A stretch of 64,000 nucleotides of DNA from Carpediemonas membranifera BICM. Taxonomy: Eukaryota; Protista; Fornicata. The notes below the pieces were generated by a model. It made no database searches. It was not told where the DNA came from and saw nothing but the letters and a program-made list of their open reading frames with translations. This document shows, piece after piece, positions 37,600 through 45,876 of this stretch (position 1 is its first letter; each line of letters begins with the position of its first letter). Made by a program: the position numbers and the translations under genes. The stretch is from positions 1,741,408 through 1,805,407 of the forward strand of contig JAHDYR010000005.1 of the NCBI GenBank assembly GCA_019828565.1, in the 5' to 3' direction.

Positions 37600-37791
37600 T
37601 CTGCCCTCCCCACAAAATGCCGGAGTCGCGACTCGGCTGACTCGGCCACTCTAGGCTGCGTCGTCCCCGAGCCCCCCTGCGCCTCCCGCCCCATCGCCGC
37701 ATCGCATAACGCATCCCCTGCCCCCGCGCGAGAGTAGTTGCTCGAAATTCCGCGGAGTCGCGTGTCGTTCGGACAACCTGGGAAAGTAAAT
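33066..37791 (+). mobile_element. Unit U8 (tRNA-proximal): N-module alpha + about 6 linker repeats + body Y
   Basis: Its 3' block runs directly into the intact tRNA-Glu. Confidence 0.93.
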
Positions 37792-37864
37792 TCGGCCATG
37801 GTATAGCTGGTTAGAACATAAGACTCTCACTCTTAAGACCCGGGTTCGAGTCCCGGTGGCCGAG
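37792..37864 (+). tRNA. tRNA-Glu (CTC)
   Basis: Acceptor TCGGCCA/TGGCCGA, D arm with AGCTGGTTA, anticodon stem TAAGA/TCTTA with loop CT-CTC-AC, T arm CCGGG-TTCGAGT-CCCGG. Confidence 0.95.
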
Positions 37865-37945
37865 AATTTATTCAACAATTTCAGTCGTGTCGATCAGTGT
37901 CGATTAGATTTATTTATATCTATCTCAGCTTTAAAAAATTACTTG

Positions 37946-38027
37946 GCTGTCATGGTCGAGTGGTCGAAGACGGAGGATTTAAGTCCCTCTCCAGCAATGG
38001 GCGTGGGTTCGAACCCCACTGGCAGCA
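37946..38027 (+). tRNA. tRNA-Leu (TAA), long variable arm
   Basis: Acceptor GCTGTCA/TGGCAGC, D arm GTC-GAGTGGTCGAA-GAC, anticodon loop TT-TAA-GT, variable arm, T arm GTGGG-TTCGAAC-CCCAC, discriminator A. Confidence 0.92.
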
Positions 38028-38043
38028 ACGGCCCCTGGGGGCA

Positions 38044-38048
38044 TTTTT
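38044..38048 (+). terminator. Putative Pol III T-tract terminator
   Basis: TTTTT 16 nt after tRNA-Leu. Confidence 0.5.
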
Positions 38049-38529
38049 CAAAAATCTCGAGCAGGATGCCAACCTCAATCCACAAAGTGTGGCTCTATAA
38101 CAGAGAGCCCTCCTCTTAAATCCAACCAAAATGGGGGGGGGCGAGTATTTACTTCGGGTGGCTTCCCCGAGCTCTTATGACAGACCCGGGTAAATCCTCG
38201 TCTCGCGATCCGGTCAGGTCCGAAACGGCTCCGACACCTGCCGATGCGTTTCGAAGTGTGACCTAAAGTGCACATTTATCGGCGCGCGCAGGTGCCAGTG
38301 ATGGTCCTGTGACAGGATCCACAAAGTGTGGCTCTATAACAGAGAGCCCTCCTCTTAAATCCAACCAAAATGGGACAATCCCGCAAGACGTCCCTGTGGG
38401 ACTAAAGCTTTGGGCCGGCGAGTCTATCTCGCCTCGACCAGAGTTAAGAATTAATGATGAATCCAGGCCGGCGAGTCCGTCTCGCCTCGGCCGTTCCCCT
38501 CGAACGCGGATGTTTAATGGAGGGGGTGG

Positions 38530-41247
38530 TTAAAAGTGGGGCCCGAGAAGGCTGAGGTTCATCCTCCTGGTGAGGTCCTCGTTTGTTCTGATGGCGTCAG
38601 CGATATAGCTGCGGAGGGAGGTGACGTCCTTCCATGTGCCCATTGAGAGGATCACCTCCAGCGGGACTCCTGATAGAGCCATCTCCGACGCTGCCCCCTT
38701 ACGGAAGCTGTGGAGACCCGTCCGTGGACCGAACAACGCCTTCACGACTCGTCGGAGGTGTGCGGCTGTGAGCGGTTTGTCTCTGCTCAGGCGCCCGTTG
38801 ACTATGACTCGCCAGATGGGGGTGTCATCAGCCAGGTAGTGTGTGCCCTCGACCCAGCGTCTAAGTGCCAAGGCCGGGTTGAAGGCGGCTGATAGCCATA
38901 CGTATGGTACGCGCTTCTTAACTCCCGTTAGGATGGTCTTGGTCCGCTGAATGTGTAGGAGAATGTCGCCGTTCTTGAGTAGCTCCAGGTCGGCCGGGCA
39001 TAGGGAGAGTATCTCGATGCCTCTGGACACCGTCAGATAGGCGACTGCCCCAAAGAGACATGCCTGATATGACTCAAAGTCGTCACTCCGGCGCCCCAGT
39101 GCCTCGATCATCTCAGCCTTGGTGATGGCGCCCTTAGCCGCCTGCTTAACGATGTACTTGGAGTTGGCGGGCGGATGCCAGTCTTTGAGGAACTCCTGTA
39201 GCTGAACAATCCAGTAGCCCTTCCTCGCCACGTTCGATGGCCCGCAGAAGGAGCCTTCGTCCTTGAGGAAGGCTACAAGCTGGTCTCGATCCGACAGGCT
39301 GCGATCGCGAGAGCCTTCGAACCTGGCCACCCAGCCGGCCACCGTCCGAGCAGACGCGTGATTAAGGTGAATCACTCTGTCCGACCTGAGGACTCTGTGG
39401 AAAACGTCCTGAACGCCATCACATTGAACCGTAGGCGTCCTCTGTCCTGTAGGTGAAGTAGGTGGGCCAGATCTGAGCTCGAAGCCGGGACGGAGAGACG
39501 GAGTTTCCAGGACGTCCAACTCTTGAGGAGTCTCATCTCCGGCGCTTGAACCTCTGGGTAGAGGAGAAAGACTGCTGAGGTCCAAGACCTCGGGTGTCCA
39601 GTCTGAGTCTGAACTCTCGCTGTCGCTATCTTCTGGACTATGGCTGCCATAGACGAATTGGGGGCCCAGAGGACGCGACATCCAAGCCTTACGTCTACGT
39701 CCGTTGAGACTGTCTGGACTGGACCCCACTCCGCGAGGACAGATTCCATGCTGGACTCCAGAGAGGAAGGGAGTCGTGAGAAGCCTCTGGACAGCCGATC
39801 TGCTGCCAGGTTGATGATGCCCGGAGTGTGTAGTCCACGGAGTGTCAGGTTCCGGTCCTCCGCCTCCTTCTGGATCTGGGCTAGAATGTGCAGGGCCTGA
39901 GGTGGAGCCTTCGTAGACCCCGCCTTGTTGAGCCAGGCCAGAGCTGATGTGTTGTCTGAGAAGATCGATAGCTCGCGTTGGGAACTCTGTCTGCCGATCA
40001 GACGGATGCCCTGTAGGATTCCCGCGAGCTCCTTCACGTTGATAGATTCTGCTCTTAGTTCTGGAGTGAACGTGCCCGAGGCTGAGGTCCCATACTCGCC
40101 GTGCACGGCTGCTCCCCACTTGACTCCAGATGCGTCTGTCGATACGACGAGGTCTAAGGAGGGGTGAGCGCCCCAAAGCGACTGAAGTTCTCTGATGTCT
40201 CGGACTGGGCGCTCTCTTAGCAGTAGCAGCCACTCTTGCAGTAGCTCCTTGGAGAGTGGGTCCTGTTGAAGGTGTCTCAGCCGGAGGAAAACCCCGTGGG
40301 CGGTTGTAGCGAAGTAAGTCAGTCTCCCGAGGATCTTGGCCCAAGTCTCCTGATCGATGGTCTTGCCTGCCAGAGCCTGATGAATGTGAGAGGAGTAACG
40401 TTTGGCCTTGTCCGCCGGGAGGCGTATTGTAAAACTCGCGGAGTCTATCACGAGCCCCAGATAGACCAATGACTGAGTCGGTGCCCATTCTGACTTCTCC
40501 TCTGAGGTGAGGACACAGAGGTCGGCTAGAGTCCGCCTGATGCGCGGCACCGCCCTCCTCAGGATTTCTCGGTCGCGGTGAAATAAGAGGAAGTCGTCGA
40601 GGTAGACAACGATGGTAAGACCCGTCCGAAGGGCTAGTATCTTGGCGAGTTGGTTGGTGATCGTCTGAAACACGAACGGCGATGCGCGCCAGCCGAAGCC
40701 TAGCACTCTGTACTGAAACGCTCGTCCGTCTGGAAGATAGACTCCTAGCAGCTTGCGGTCCTCCTTCCGTACTGGTACTTGATGGTACCCGGACTTGAGG
40801 TCGAACTTGACCATCCAGTCGCCCCTCTGGAGAAGGGAGAGAGCTCTGCGCAGACCGTAGAGCCGGAAGGATGAGCGCTCTGCCGAGCAGTCGTTCAGTA
40901 TCGTGAGGTTGTGAATGATCCTCTTCGACTCGCCCTTCGGCACAGTAAACAGCGAGGCGGTGTGTCGCAGGGAAGAGGGATTCACTTGCTCTATGACGCC
41001 TGTCTCTATCAAGGAAGGAATCTGCTGGACAATGAATGGGTCGACTGTCGGCTGTTGCCTTGGTGCTGGTGGTTGACTTCTCAGACGGATCTCGACCCCG
41101 TATCGTAACCAGTTGATCACCCGTTGTGATGCTCCCAACCTCTGCCACTCCCTCCACGCCGCGTTCATGCATGGAAAGAGGGTTAGGTGTGGGCTCTCTT
41201 GCCGGAGGATCCTGTCTGAGTGCGACCTCGGTCCTGAGCGCGGCCAC
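38530..41247 (-). CDS. Tyrosine recombinase (domain in the C-terminal ~280 aa; the ORF overlaps the whole pol ORF, true start uncertain)
   Basis: R(SRGIEILSL)...K(RTKT)...HSFRKG...GTW...Y(LRSY) catalytic set. Confidence 0.9.
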   Translation of the reverse strand: MAALRTEVALRQDPPAREPTPNPLSMHERGVEGVAEVGSITTGDQLVTIRGRDPSEKSTTSTKATADSRPIHCPADSFLDRDRRHRASESLFPATHRLAVYCAEGRVEEDHSQPHDTERLLGRALILPALRSAQSSLPSPEGRLDGQVRPQVRVPSSTSTEGGPQAARSLSSRRTSVSVQSARLRLARIAVRVSDDHQPTRQDTSPSDGSYHRCLPRRLPLISPRPRNPEEGGAAHQADSSRPLCPHLRGEVRMGTDSVIGLSGARDRLREFYNTPPGGQGQTLLLSHSSGSGRQDHRSGDLGQDPRETDLLRYNRPRGFPPAETPSTGPTLQGATARVAATAKRAPSPRHQRTSVALGRSPLLRPRRIDRRIWSQVGSSRARRVWDLSLGHVHSRTKSRIYQREGARGNPTGHPSDRQTEFPTRAIDLLRQHISSGLAQQGGVYEGSTSGPAHSSPDPEGGGGPEPDTPWTTHSGHHQPGSRSAVQRLLTTPFLSGVQHGICPRGVGSSPDSLNGRRRKAWMSRPLGPQFVYGSHSPEDSDSESSDSDWTPEVLDLSSLSPLPRGSSAGDETPQELDVLETPSLRPGFELRSGPPTSPTGQRTPTVQCDGVQDVFHRVLRSDRVIHLNHASARTVAGWVARFEGSRDRSLSDRDQLVAFLKDEGSFCGPSNVARKGYWIVQLQEFLKDWHPPANSKYIVKQAAKGAITKAEMIEALGRRSDDFESYQACLFGAVAYLTVSRGIEILSLCPADLELLKNGDILLHIQRTKTILTGVKKRVPYVWLSAAFNPALALRRWVEGTHYLADDTPIWRVIVNGRLSRDKPLTAAHLRRVVKALFGPRTGLHSFRKGAASEMALSGVPLEVILSMGTWKDVTSLRSYIADAIRTNEDLTRRMNLSLLGPHF
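39372..41168 (-). CDS. Reverse transcriptase-RNase H of the YR retrotransposon
   Basis: FDLKSGYHQV, LGFGWRASPFVF, YLDD, KSEWAPTQSLVYLG; RNase H motifs TDAS, INVKEL, SDN, NLAADRLSR. Confidence 0.93.
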   Translation of the reverse strand: MNAAWREWQRLGASQRVINWLRYGVEIRLRSQPPAPRQQPTVDPFIVQQIPSLIETGVIEQVNPSSLRHTASLFTVPKGESKRIIHNLTILNDCSAERSSFRLYGLRRALSLLQRGDWMVKFDLKSGYHQVPVRKEDRKLLGVYLPDGRAFQYRVLGFGWRASPFVFQTITNQLAKILALRTGLTIVVYLDDFLLFHRDREILRRAVPRIRRTLADLCVLTSEEKSEWAPTQSLVYLGLVIDSASFTIRLPADKAKRYSSHIHQALAGKTIDQETWAKILGRLTYFATTAHGVFLRLRHLQQDPLSKELLQEWLLLLRERPVRDIRELQSLWGAHPSLDLVVSTDASGVKWGAAVHGEYGTSASGTFTPELRAESINVKELAGILQGIRLIGRQSSQRELSIFSDNTSALAWLNKAGSTKAPPQALHILAQIQKEAEDRNLTLRGLHTPGIINLAADRLSRGFSRLPSSLESSMESVLAEWGPVQTVSTDVDVRLGCRVLWAPNSSMAAIVQKIATARVQTQTGHPRSWTSAVFLLYPEVQAPEMRLLKSWTSWKLRLSVPASSSDLAHLLHLQDRGRLRFNVMAFRTFSTESSGRTE

Positions 41248-41665
41248 CGCGGCGAAAATTAGCGTCGCGCTTATCGCCCTTAGACTTGGCGCGGGCCGCC
41301 AGTTCCAGGACCTCGTCGCGATCAGGCACGCCCTTCGCCTTGCAATAGTTCTCGAACCGCTCTGCAGTAGCGTCAGTGTACACGTCCTTGATTAGAAGGT
41401 ACTGGATTCTTGCAAAGAGAATGTTCCCGATCTCCTTCATCTTTGCGCCGTTCTCGATCCTATTCATGGTCTTGTATACGAATCTGGCCTCATCTTCGAG
41501 GCCGAACCTCTTTGGCATCTCCAGGAACAGTGGACGGCGAGCTGCTTCTGCTTGCTGCTCCAAAATTGCTTCCGATTGTATCTTAACCAAGCGCTCCAGC
41601 TTCTCGATACGCTTGTTAAGCTCATCGGGACTGTCTTGCGGCGGCAGGTCTTCGTTATCAGACAT
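41183..41665 (-). CDS. ORF1, gag-like protein of the YR retrotransposon
   Basis: ATG (MSDNEDLPPQ) immediately after repeat A1; coiled-coil-like N-terminus and basic C-terminus; assignment is by position. Confidence 0.7.
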   Translation of the reverse strand: MSDNEDLPPQDSPDELNKRIEKLERLVKIQSEAILEQQAEAARRPLFLEMPKRFGLEDEARFVYKTMNRIENGAKMKEIGNILFARIQYLLIKDVYTDATAERFENYCKAKGVPDRDEVLELAARAKSKGDKRDANFRRGGRAQDRGRTQTGSSGKRAHT

Positions 41666-42267
41666 CCTGCCGATGCGTTTCGAAGTGTGACCTAAAGTGC
41701 ACATTTATCGGCGCGCGCAGGTGCCAGTGATGGTCCTGTGACAGGAGACAATCTGGCGCAGCTAGCTCTCCTAGCCTCATGTCATTCTTTCGAGATAACT
41801 AAACCAACGGGGGGGGGGCACTTATTTACTTGCTTCTCGTTGTAGCGCCACTAACAGTGCTCCTACCTATACTCCTACTCTATTCCAAGGGGAGGCAAGT
41901 ATTAATTCTCTGATTGGAATTCGCAGTTTCCTGCCGCGATCTGTGAATGAGGCAGACGTCCCGTGTCCGAAGTCTCGTCGGCCATTCGAACTGGCCATCC
42001 TGATTCGATCGCACGACATGCCGGAACCGAGGGTCGATTTTGCTTTTGTCCTTGACTTGGCGACTCCGCGCCAAAATCGAGCGACCGAATTTTGCGTCCG
42101 CGCTCCCTGCGCTGGAGTCGCGTCGGCGCATCTACGCGCCCTATCACTCGCAGAGTACTCCTCTCTCCTAAAAGTGCACTTGAAGTTGCCAAAAGCGCCA
42201 ATTCGAGCTGACGCACTCCTTAGCGAAAGTCCCACCATATGTATGCATTTATCAATCCCACAATAAA

Positions 42268-43539
42268 TCAGTGCGAGTGGTAGTTATAGCCGAAGAACTC
42301 GTAGTCCTGCATGAGGACGGGCGCGAGAAGCCCCCATAGGTAGAGCCCCGCGGACACCAGCACAGCGACGAGTACGGCGACGGGGACGTACCAGGCGAAG
42401 GTGCCACTGCCGAGGGTGCCGAATGCGACGGGAATGGAGGCCGCTGCCAGGGCGAGTACGAGGTGGAATCGCCAGTAGGGGTACGAGATGTCGGCGCCGG
42501 ACTCGGGATCGTCGTCCTCGCCGGAGTCGTAGCCCTCGAGGTCGTCAGCCTTGAGGTCGGCCTGTGCGAAGAGAGGCTTGAAGGAGACGGTCGAGACGCA
42601 CGCCGTGATGATGGCGATGATCAGGAAAACGCCGCCCCAGATGGTGTGCACGAACTTGAAGACGGTGTTGAATAGGGAGCCGAAGATGTAGTTCAGCCAG
42701 TAGTTGTTGAACAGAGAACCGAACTGCAGGGGGCAATAGGACAGGTTGTCGACGGCCACCTTACGGAGGAACGGGTTGATGATGTGTCCCCAGAACTCGG
42801 CGTTCGCGGAGATGGCGACGATAACGAGGAAGGTCAAGAAGAGCGAGATCACGGCCGCGACAAAGACGGAGCCGCGGGCGACGACGGCGGAGACGACCAT
42901 GATAGTGATGACCAGGGCGATGCCGAGGGCGTAAAGGACCCAGACTGGGATGCAGAAGAAGTAAAGGACCGCCGATAGCAGGTACTGAAGGCCAGCAATG
43001 ATTAGCAGCACGACGGAGGCGACGAGCAGGGCGGCCGGGGCAGCCCGCTCCATGATGGCGTTGTTGGCCCGGATGGAGAACTCGGCGAGGAGCAGGGTCT
43101 GGCACACGATGAACCCGACAGTCAGGATGAGGGCTACGGCCATCCAAGCGAACCAGGCGGGGTTGGGGATGAAGATGGTGATGATGTAGAGGATGATGAG
43201 GAGGGGGATCTTGAGCCACCACAGGCGTCTGTGGATGTTCTTGAAGCTGTGTGAGTGCTACAGAGGAGAGGGGGGGACGTACATGGTGCTGTTTGCGCTA
43301 AAGTTGGCAGCAAGTGTCAACCACATGAGGATGAAGTGGTAGACGAACAGTGAAAACGATACACGGAGGAGGTGGAAGTATCCAATGGAGCTAGACGTGC
43401 TGAAGTAGCACCATGGCGTATAGATGAGGAATTTCCAGCAGAGCACGCCGCTTATGTGGTCCAGGATGAAGTCTGCGACGACAATCCAAAGAAGGAAGAG
43501 GAAAAACACGATTGTATAAAGAAACCGTGCGTTCTGCAT
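42268..43539 (-). CDS. Serine incorporator (Serinc/TMS1) family membrane protein, spliced (intron 43247-43282)
   Basis: ARFLY, RVSFSLFVYH, spliced IFKNIHRRLWWLK, YPYWRFHLVLALA, LYLWGLLAPVL; intron GTACGT...CTCACACAG (36 nt) restores the frame. Confidence 0.85.
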
Positions 43540-43734
43540 GTTGCTCGGTGCTTTCGAGAAAGATGTTGGGTTTCCTTCGAGTCAAACTCGGCAGCATCCA
43601 ATCAGATGATGCCGGCGCCGGAGCCACGCCCAACAACCCAGCACCATCCAACACTATCCCCTCTCAATTTTACGTCATCGATCAAGCAATACCGAAACCA
43701 AGAACATTGAGAATACTGCAGGCAGACTTGAGAC

Positions 43735-44820
43735 CTACTTCAGACGGCGGCCGACGGGTTCGCGGGGGCCGTCCCGGGCGAACGTCGCGGCCATGATCAT
43801 GGGCCACACGAGCGTCACCTCTGCCGTGACCTTAACGTCCTTGGCGTCGGCCTTGATCTTGCCCCAGGACTTCGCCTCGTCGAGGCTAGCACCGGCGTCA
43901 GAACCGTCGTACTCGCCCGCGGTGTTGATGACGACGGCGTAGTCAGCACCGTTCCGCATGAGGTTAGCGTTAAAGATGTGGTGCTTGACAAGGCCGCCCC
44001 CGAGGATGATCATGCCAGTGTGGGCTGCGTGGACCGCCATGAGGTTGATGCGGCGGATGTCCTCGATGATGTCCAGCTTGAGGCCGGGGTTCTTGAAGGA
44101 GTGGAAGAATAGCATGTCGCCGATGGAGCCGTCTGTCAGGGCAGGGGAGAAGACGGGGATGTTGTTCTTGTAGCACCAGTAGTACACGGAGCGCTCGTCG
44201 TTGATCTCCTTGCCGAGGCGGTGGATCATCTTGCTGGGCGTCCAGTTAATCCCCTGCTCGTTCTGCTCCACCAGCATCTGGTCGAGGATCGGGATGATCC
44301 AGTCCTCGAACAGGCAGTAGTTGTCGTTCGGCACCAGGAGGTTGCCGATGCGGTTAATGCCCTTGTCGCGGAGGTCGGCGCCGTTGAGCTGGAAGTCGCC
44401 CATGTACGTCGGGGCCAGACACTTGATAAAGTCTTCCTCGATGCCGCCCGCAGTCGAAACGACACAGTCGACCATCTGGTGCTGGGCAAGGTAGCGCAGG
44501 GACTCGCGGAGGCCGCAGGAGATGAGGTTGGAGGTGTATCCCAGGAAGATGGTGGTGCGGGACTTGTCCACCTCGCAGTCGTCGTCAGCAGCCTCCTCAT
44601 CGACGGGCTCGGGGTTGCGCCAGGCTCTCATCTCGTTGATGATGTTGATCGCCTTGCCCATGTTGGTGGCCTGATAGCCGCTGTGGACATAGGAGCCGAG
44701 AAGGGCCTGGAGGTCCACGCCGTTGTTGAAATCGTAGCCCTCGCACAGATCGGAGTCGATCGGCATGCTCTCGGACTGAACAAGAACAGCATCAGCCACA
44801 ATCTTCGGGATTTCGCCCAT
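43735..44820 (-). CDS. DHPS: Deoxyhypusine synthase
   Basis: [81 protein letters not shown]. Confidence 0.97.
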   Translation of the reverse strand: MGEIPKIVADAVLVQSESMPIDSDLCEGYDFNNGVDLQALLGSYVHSGYQATNMGKAINIINEMRAWRNPEPVDEEAADDDCEVDKSRTTIFLGYTSNLISCGLRESLRYLAQHQMVDCVVSTAGGIEEDFIKCLAPTYMGDFQLNGADLRDKGINRIGNLLVPNDNYCLFEDWIIPILDQMLVEQNEQGINWTPSKMIHRLGKEINDERSVYYWCYKNNIPVFSPALTDGSIGDMLFFHSFKNPGLKLDIIEDIRRINLMAVHAAHTGMIILGGGLVKHHIFNANLMRNGADYAVVINTAGEYDGSDAGASLDEAKSWGKIKADAKDVKVTAEVTLVWPMIMAATFARDGPREPVGRRLK

Positions 44821-44966
44821 TTCAAGCAGTCTCGAGCTTTCGACTCGACCGACTCGAAGAAGATTGACTGAAGATTGACTGTGCCAGAGTCAGCTCGAAA
44901 TTCGAAAGCCTCTTTCTGCACCATCCATCATATCTTTATAGTGCTTGCGATTCATCAACCATGCCC

Positions 44967-45731
44967 TCACCTGATGCGGCGAGTGCCAACCATTTGCCGA
45001 GCCATAGCGATGCTCTCGGCACGGCCCCACGACCCCTTCTCCTTCCCCATGGCGGCAATCGTCTGCAGGAACCCGTCTGTGTCTGGTGTTGAGGCCGGCT
45101 GGGTCGAAGGGGCCTCCTGGGAGCAAGAGAGCGTGAGGATCTGGGTAGCCTCGGGGTCCACGGAGGCCAGCGGTGCCAGCAGCAGCTCGGCCCTGGCACT
45201 GGCGGCGCGAGTGTGGATGTCGTCGTCGGGCATGCTCCGGGCATTCGGCCGGACGTCATCGTCATCGTCATCGGCAAGAAGCATTTCAGAGCGGCGCTTG
45301 AGAACGGGCTGGGTTGCTGATACAGGGCGAGAGGGTGCTAGGGCTGTGATGGAGCTGGTGCGGCTGAGACGGGGCGTGGTGCTGCGTCTGACGGAGGGCT
45401 TGGCGGACTTTGACCCGTTGGCTGCGGTGATCTCGCTGAAGAGGGCGTTCACATCGATGCTGGCCGGACGGGAGCTGGATTGGTCCCTTAATGCAACTGA
45501 TGCAGTTCGCGCTGATTGTCTGATCATATCTAGGCGCTTGAGGCGGCGCTTTTCAGCGTTTGCCTTGGTCATCTTGCTGCGATCACGCGCGGACATGGTT
45601 GATTTCTCTTCTGACGGTTCATTTGGCTTCACTGTCGACAGTATATCAGCGAGAACGTCTTGGCTCACCATTTCGTTCGTTTCGCGCAAAGCTTGGTTTC
45701 CGCGCAAAGTCGAACGGTGTGATGGGGTCAA
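44967..45731 (-). CDS. Hypothetical low-complexity protein
   Basis: 254-aa ORF filling the gap between neighbours; no motif recognised. Confidence 0.45.
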   Translation of the reverse strand: MTPSHRSTLRGNQALRETNEMVSQDVLADILSTVKPNEPSEEKSTMSARDRSKMTKANAEKRRLKRLDMIRQSARTASVALRDQSSSRPASIDVNALFSEITAANGSKSAKPSVRRSTTPRLSRTSSITALAPSRPVSATQPVLKRRSEMLLADDDDDDVRPNARSMPDDDIHTRAASARAELLLAPLASVDPEATQILTLSCSQEAPSTQPASTPDTDGFLQTIAAMGKEKGSWGRAESIAMARQMVGTRRIR

Positions 45732-45876
45732 CCCCGAACCCTAGGGACGGCACAGCCCGTCTCACATCCAAGCAAGCGCTACACATCGGCCTCATCACTG
45801 GCTATTTAGCATAAGATGACAAGAGGAAAACAGCGATCACTATCAAAACAACTCATACGAACACCACAAATACACC

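Larger units (their letters stand above)
1..37791 (+). mobile_element. Head-to-tail tandem array of at least 9 RLE-type (CRE-like) non-LTR retrotransposons inserted at the 5' end of tRNA-Glu; left end is outside the window
   Basis: Repeating 4.2-4.7 kb units with an identical junction ...GGGAAAGTAAAT-TCGGCCATGGTAT-CCAGAGGAAAG.... RT motifs SAPGPSG, LPK..RPIAMGE, Q[YF]G, AVDM[TS]NAYGTV, QGDP.SP.LF, YQDD, G[IV]P[VI]G, followed by CPLC-x8-H-x3-C, RH[DN], [RV]ADL, VYVDF, EK..EY. No LTRs and no poly(A) tail. Confidence 0.95.
38078..41746 (-). mobile_element. Tyrosine-recombinase (DIRS order) retrotransposon with split direct repeats A1-ORFs-B1-A2-spacer-B2 (PAT/Ngaro-type architecture)
   Basis: A1 41666-41746 = A2 38237-38317 (81 bp); B1 38317-38374 = B2 38078-38135 (58 bp); gag-like, RT/RNase H and YR ORFs. 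Confidence 0.93.

Noticed and set aside
38100-38106. ACAGAGA as a U6 snRNA box
   Set aside because: It sits within the YR element's B repeat and no other U6 features are present.
37651-38275. Short ORFs over the tRNA island and YR terminus
   Set aside because: They overlap tRNA genes and terminal repeats and are spurious.
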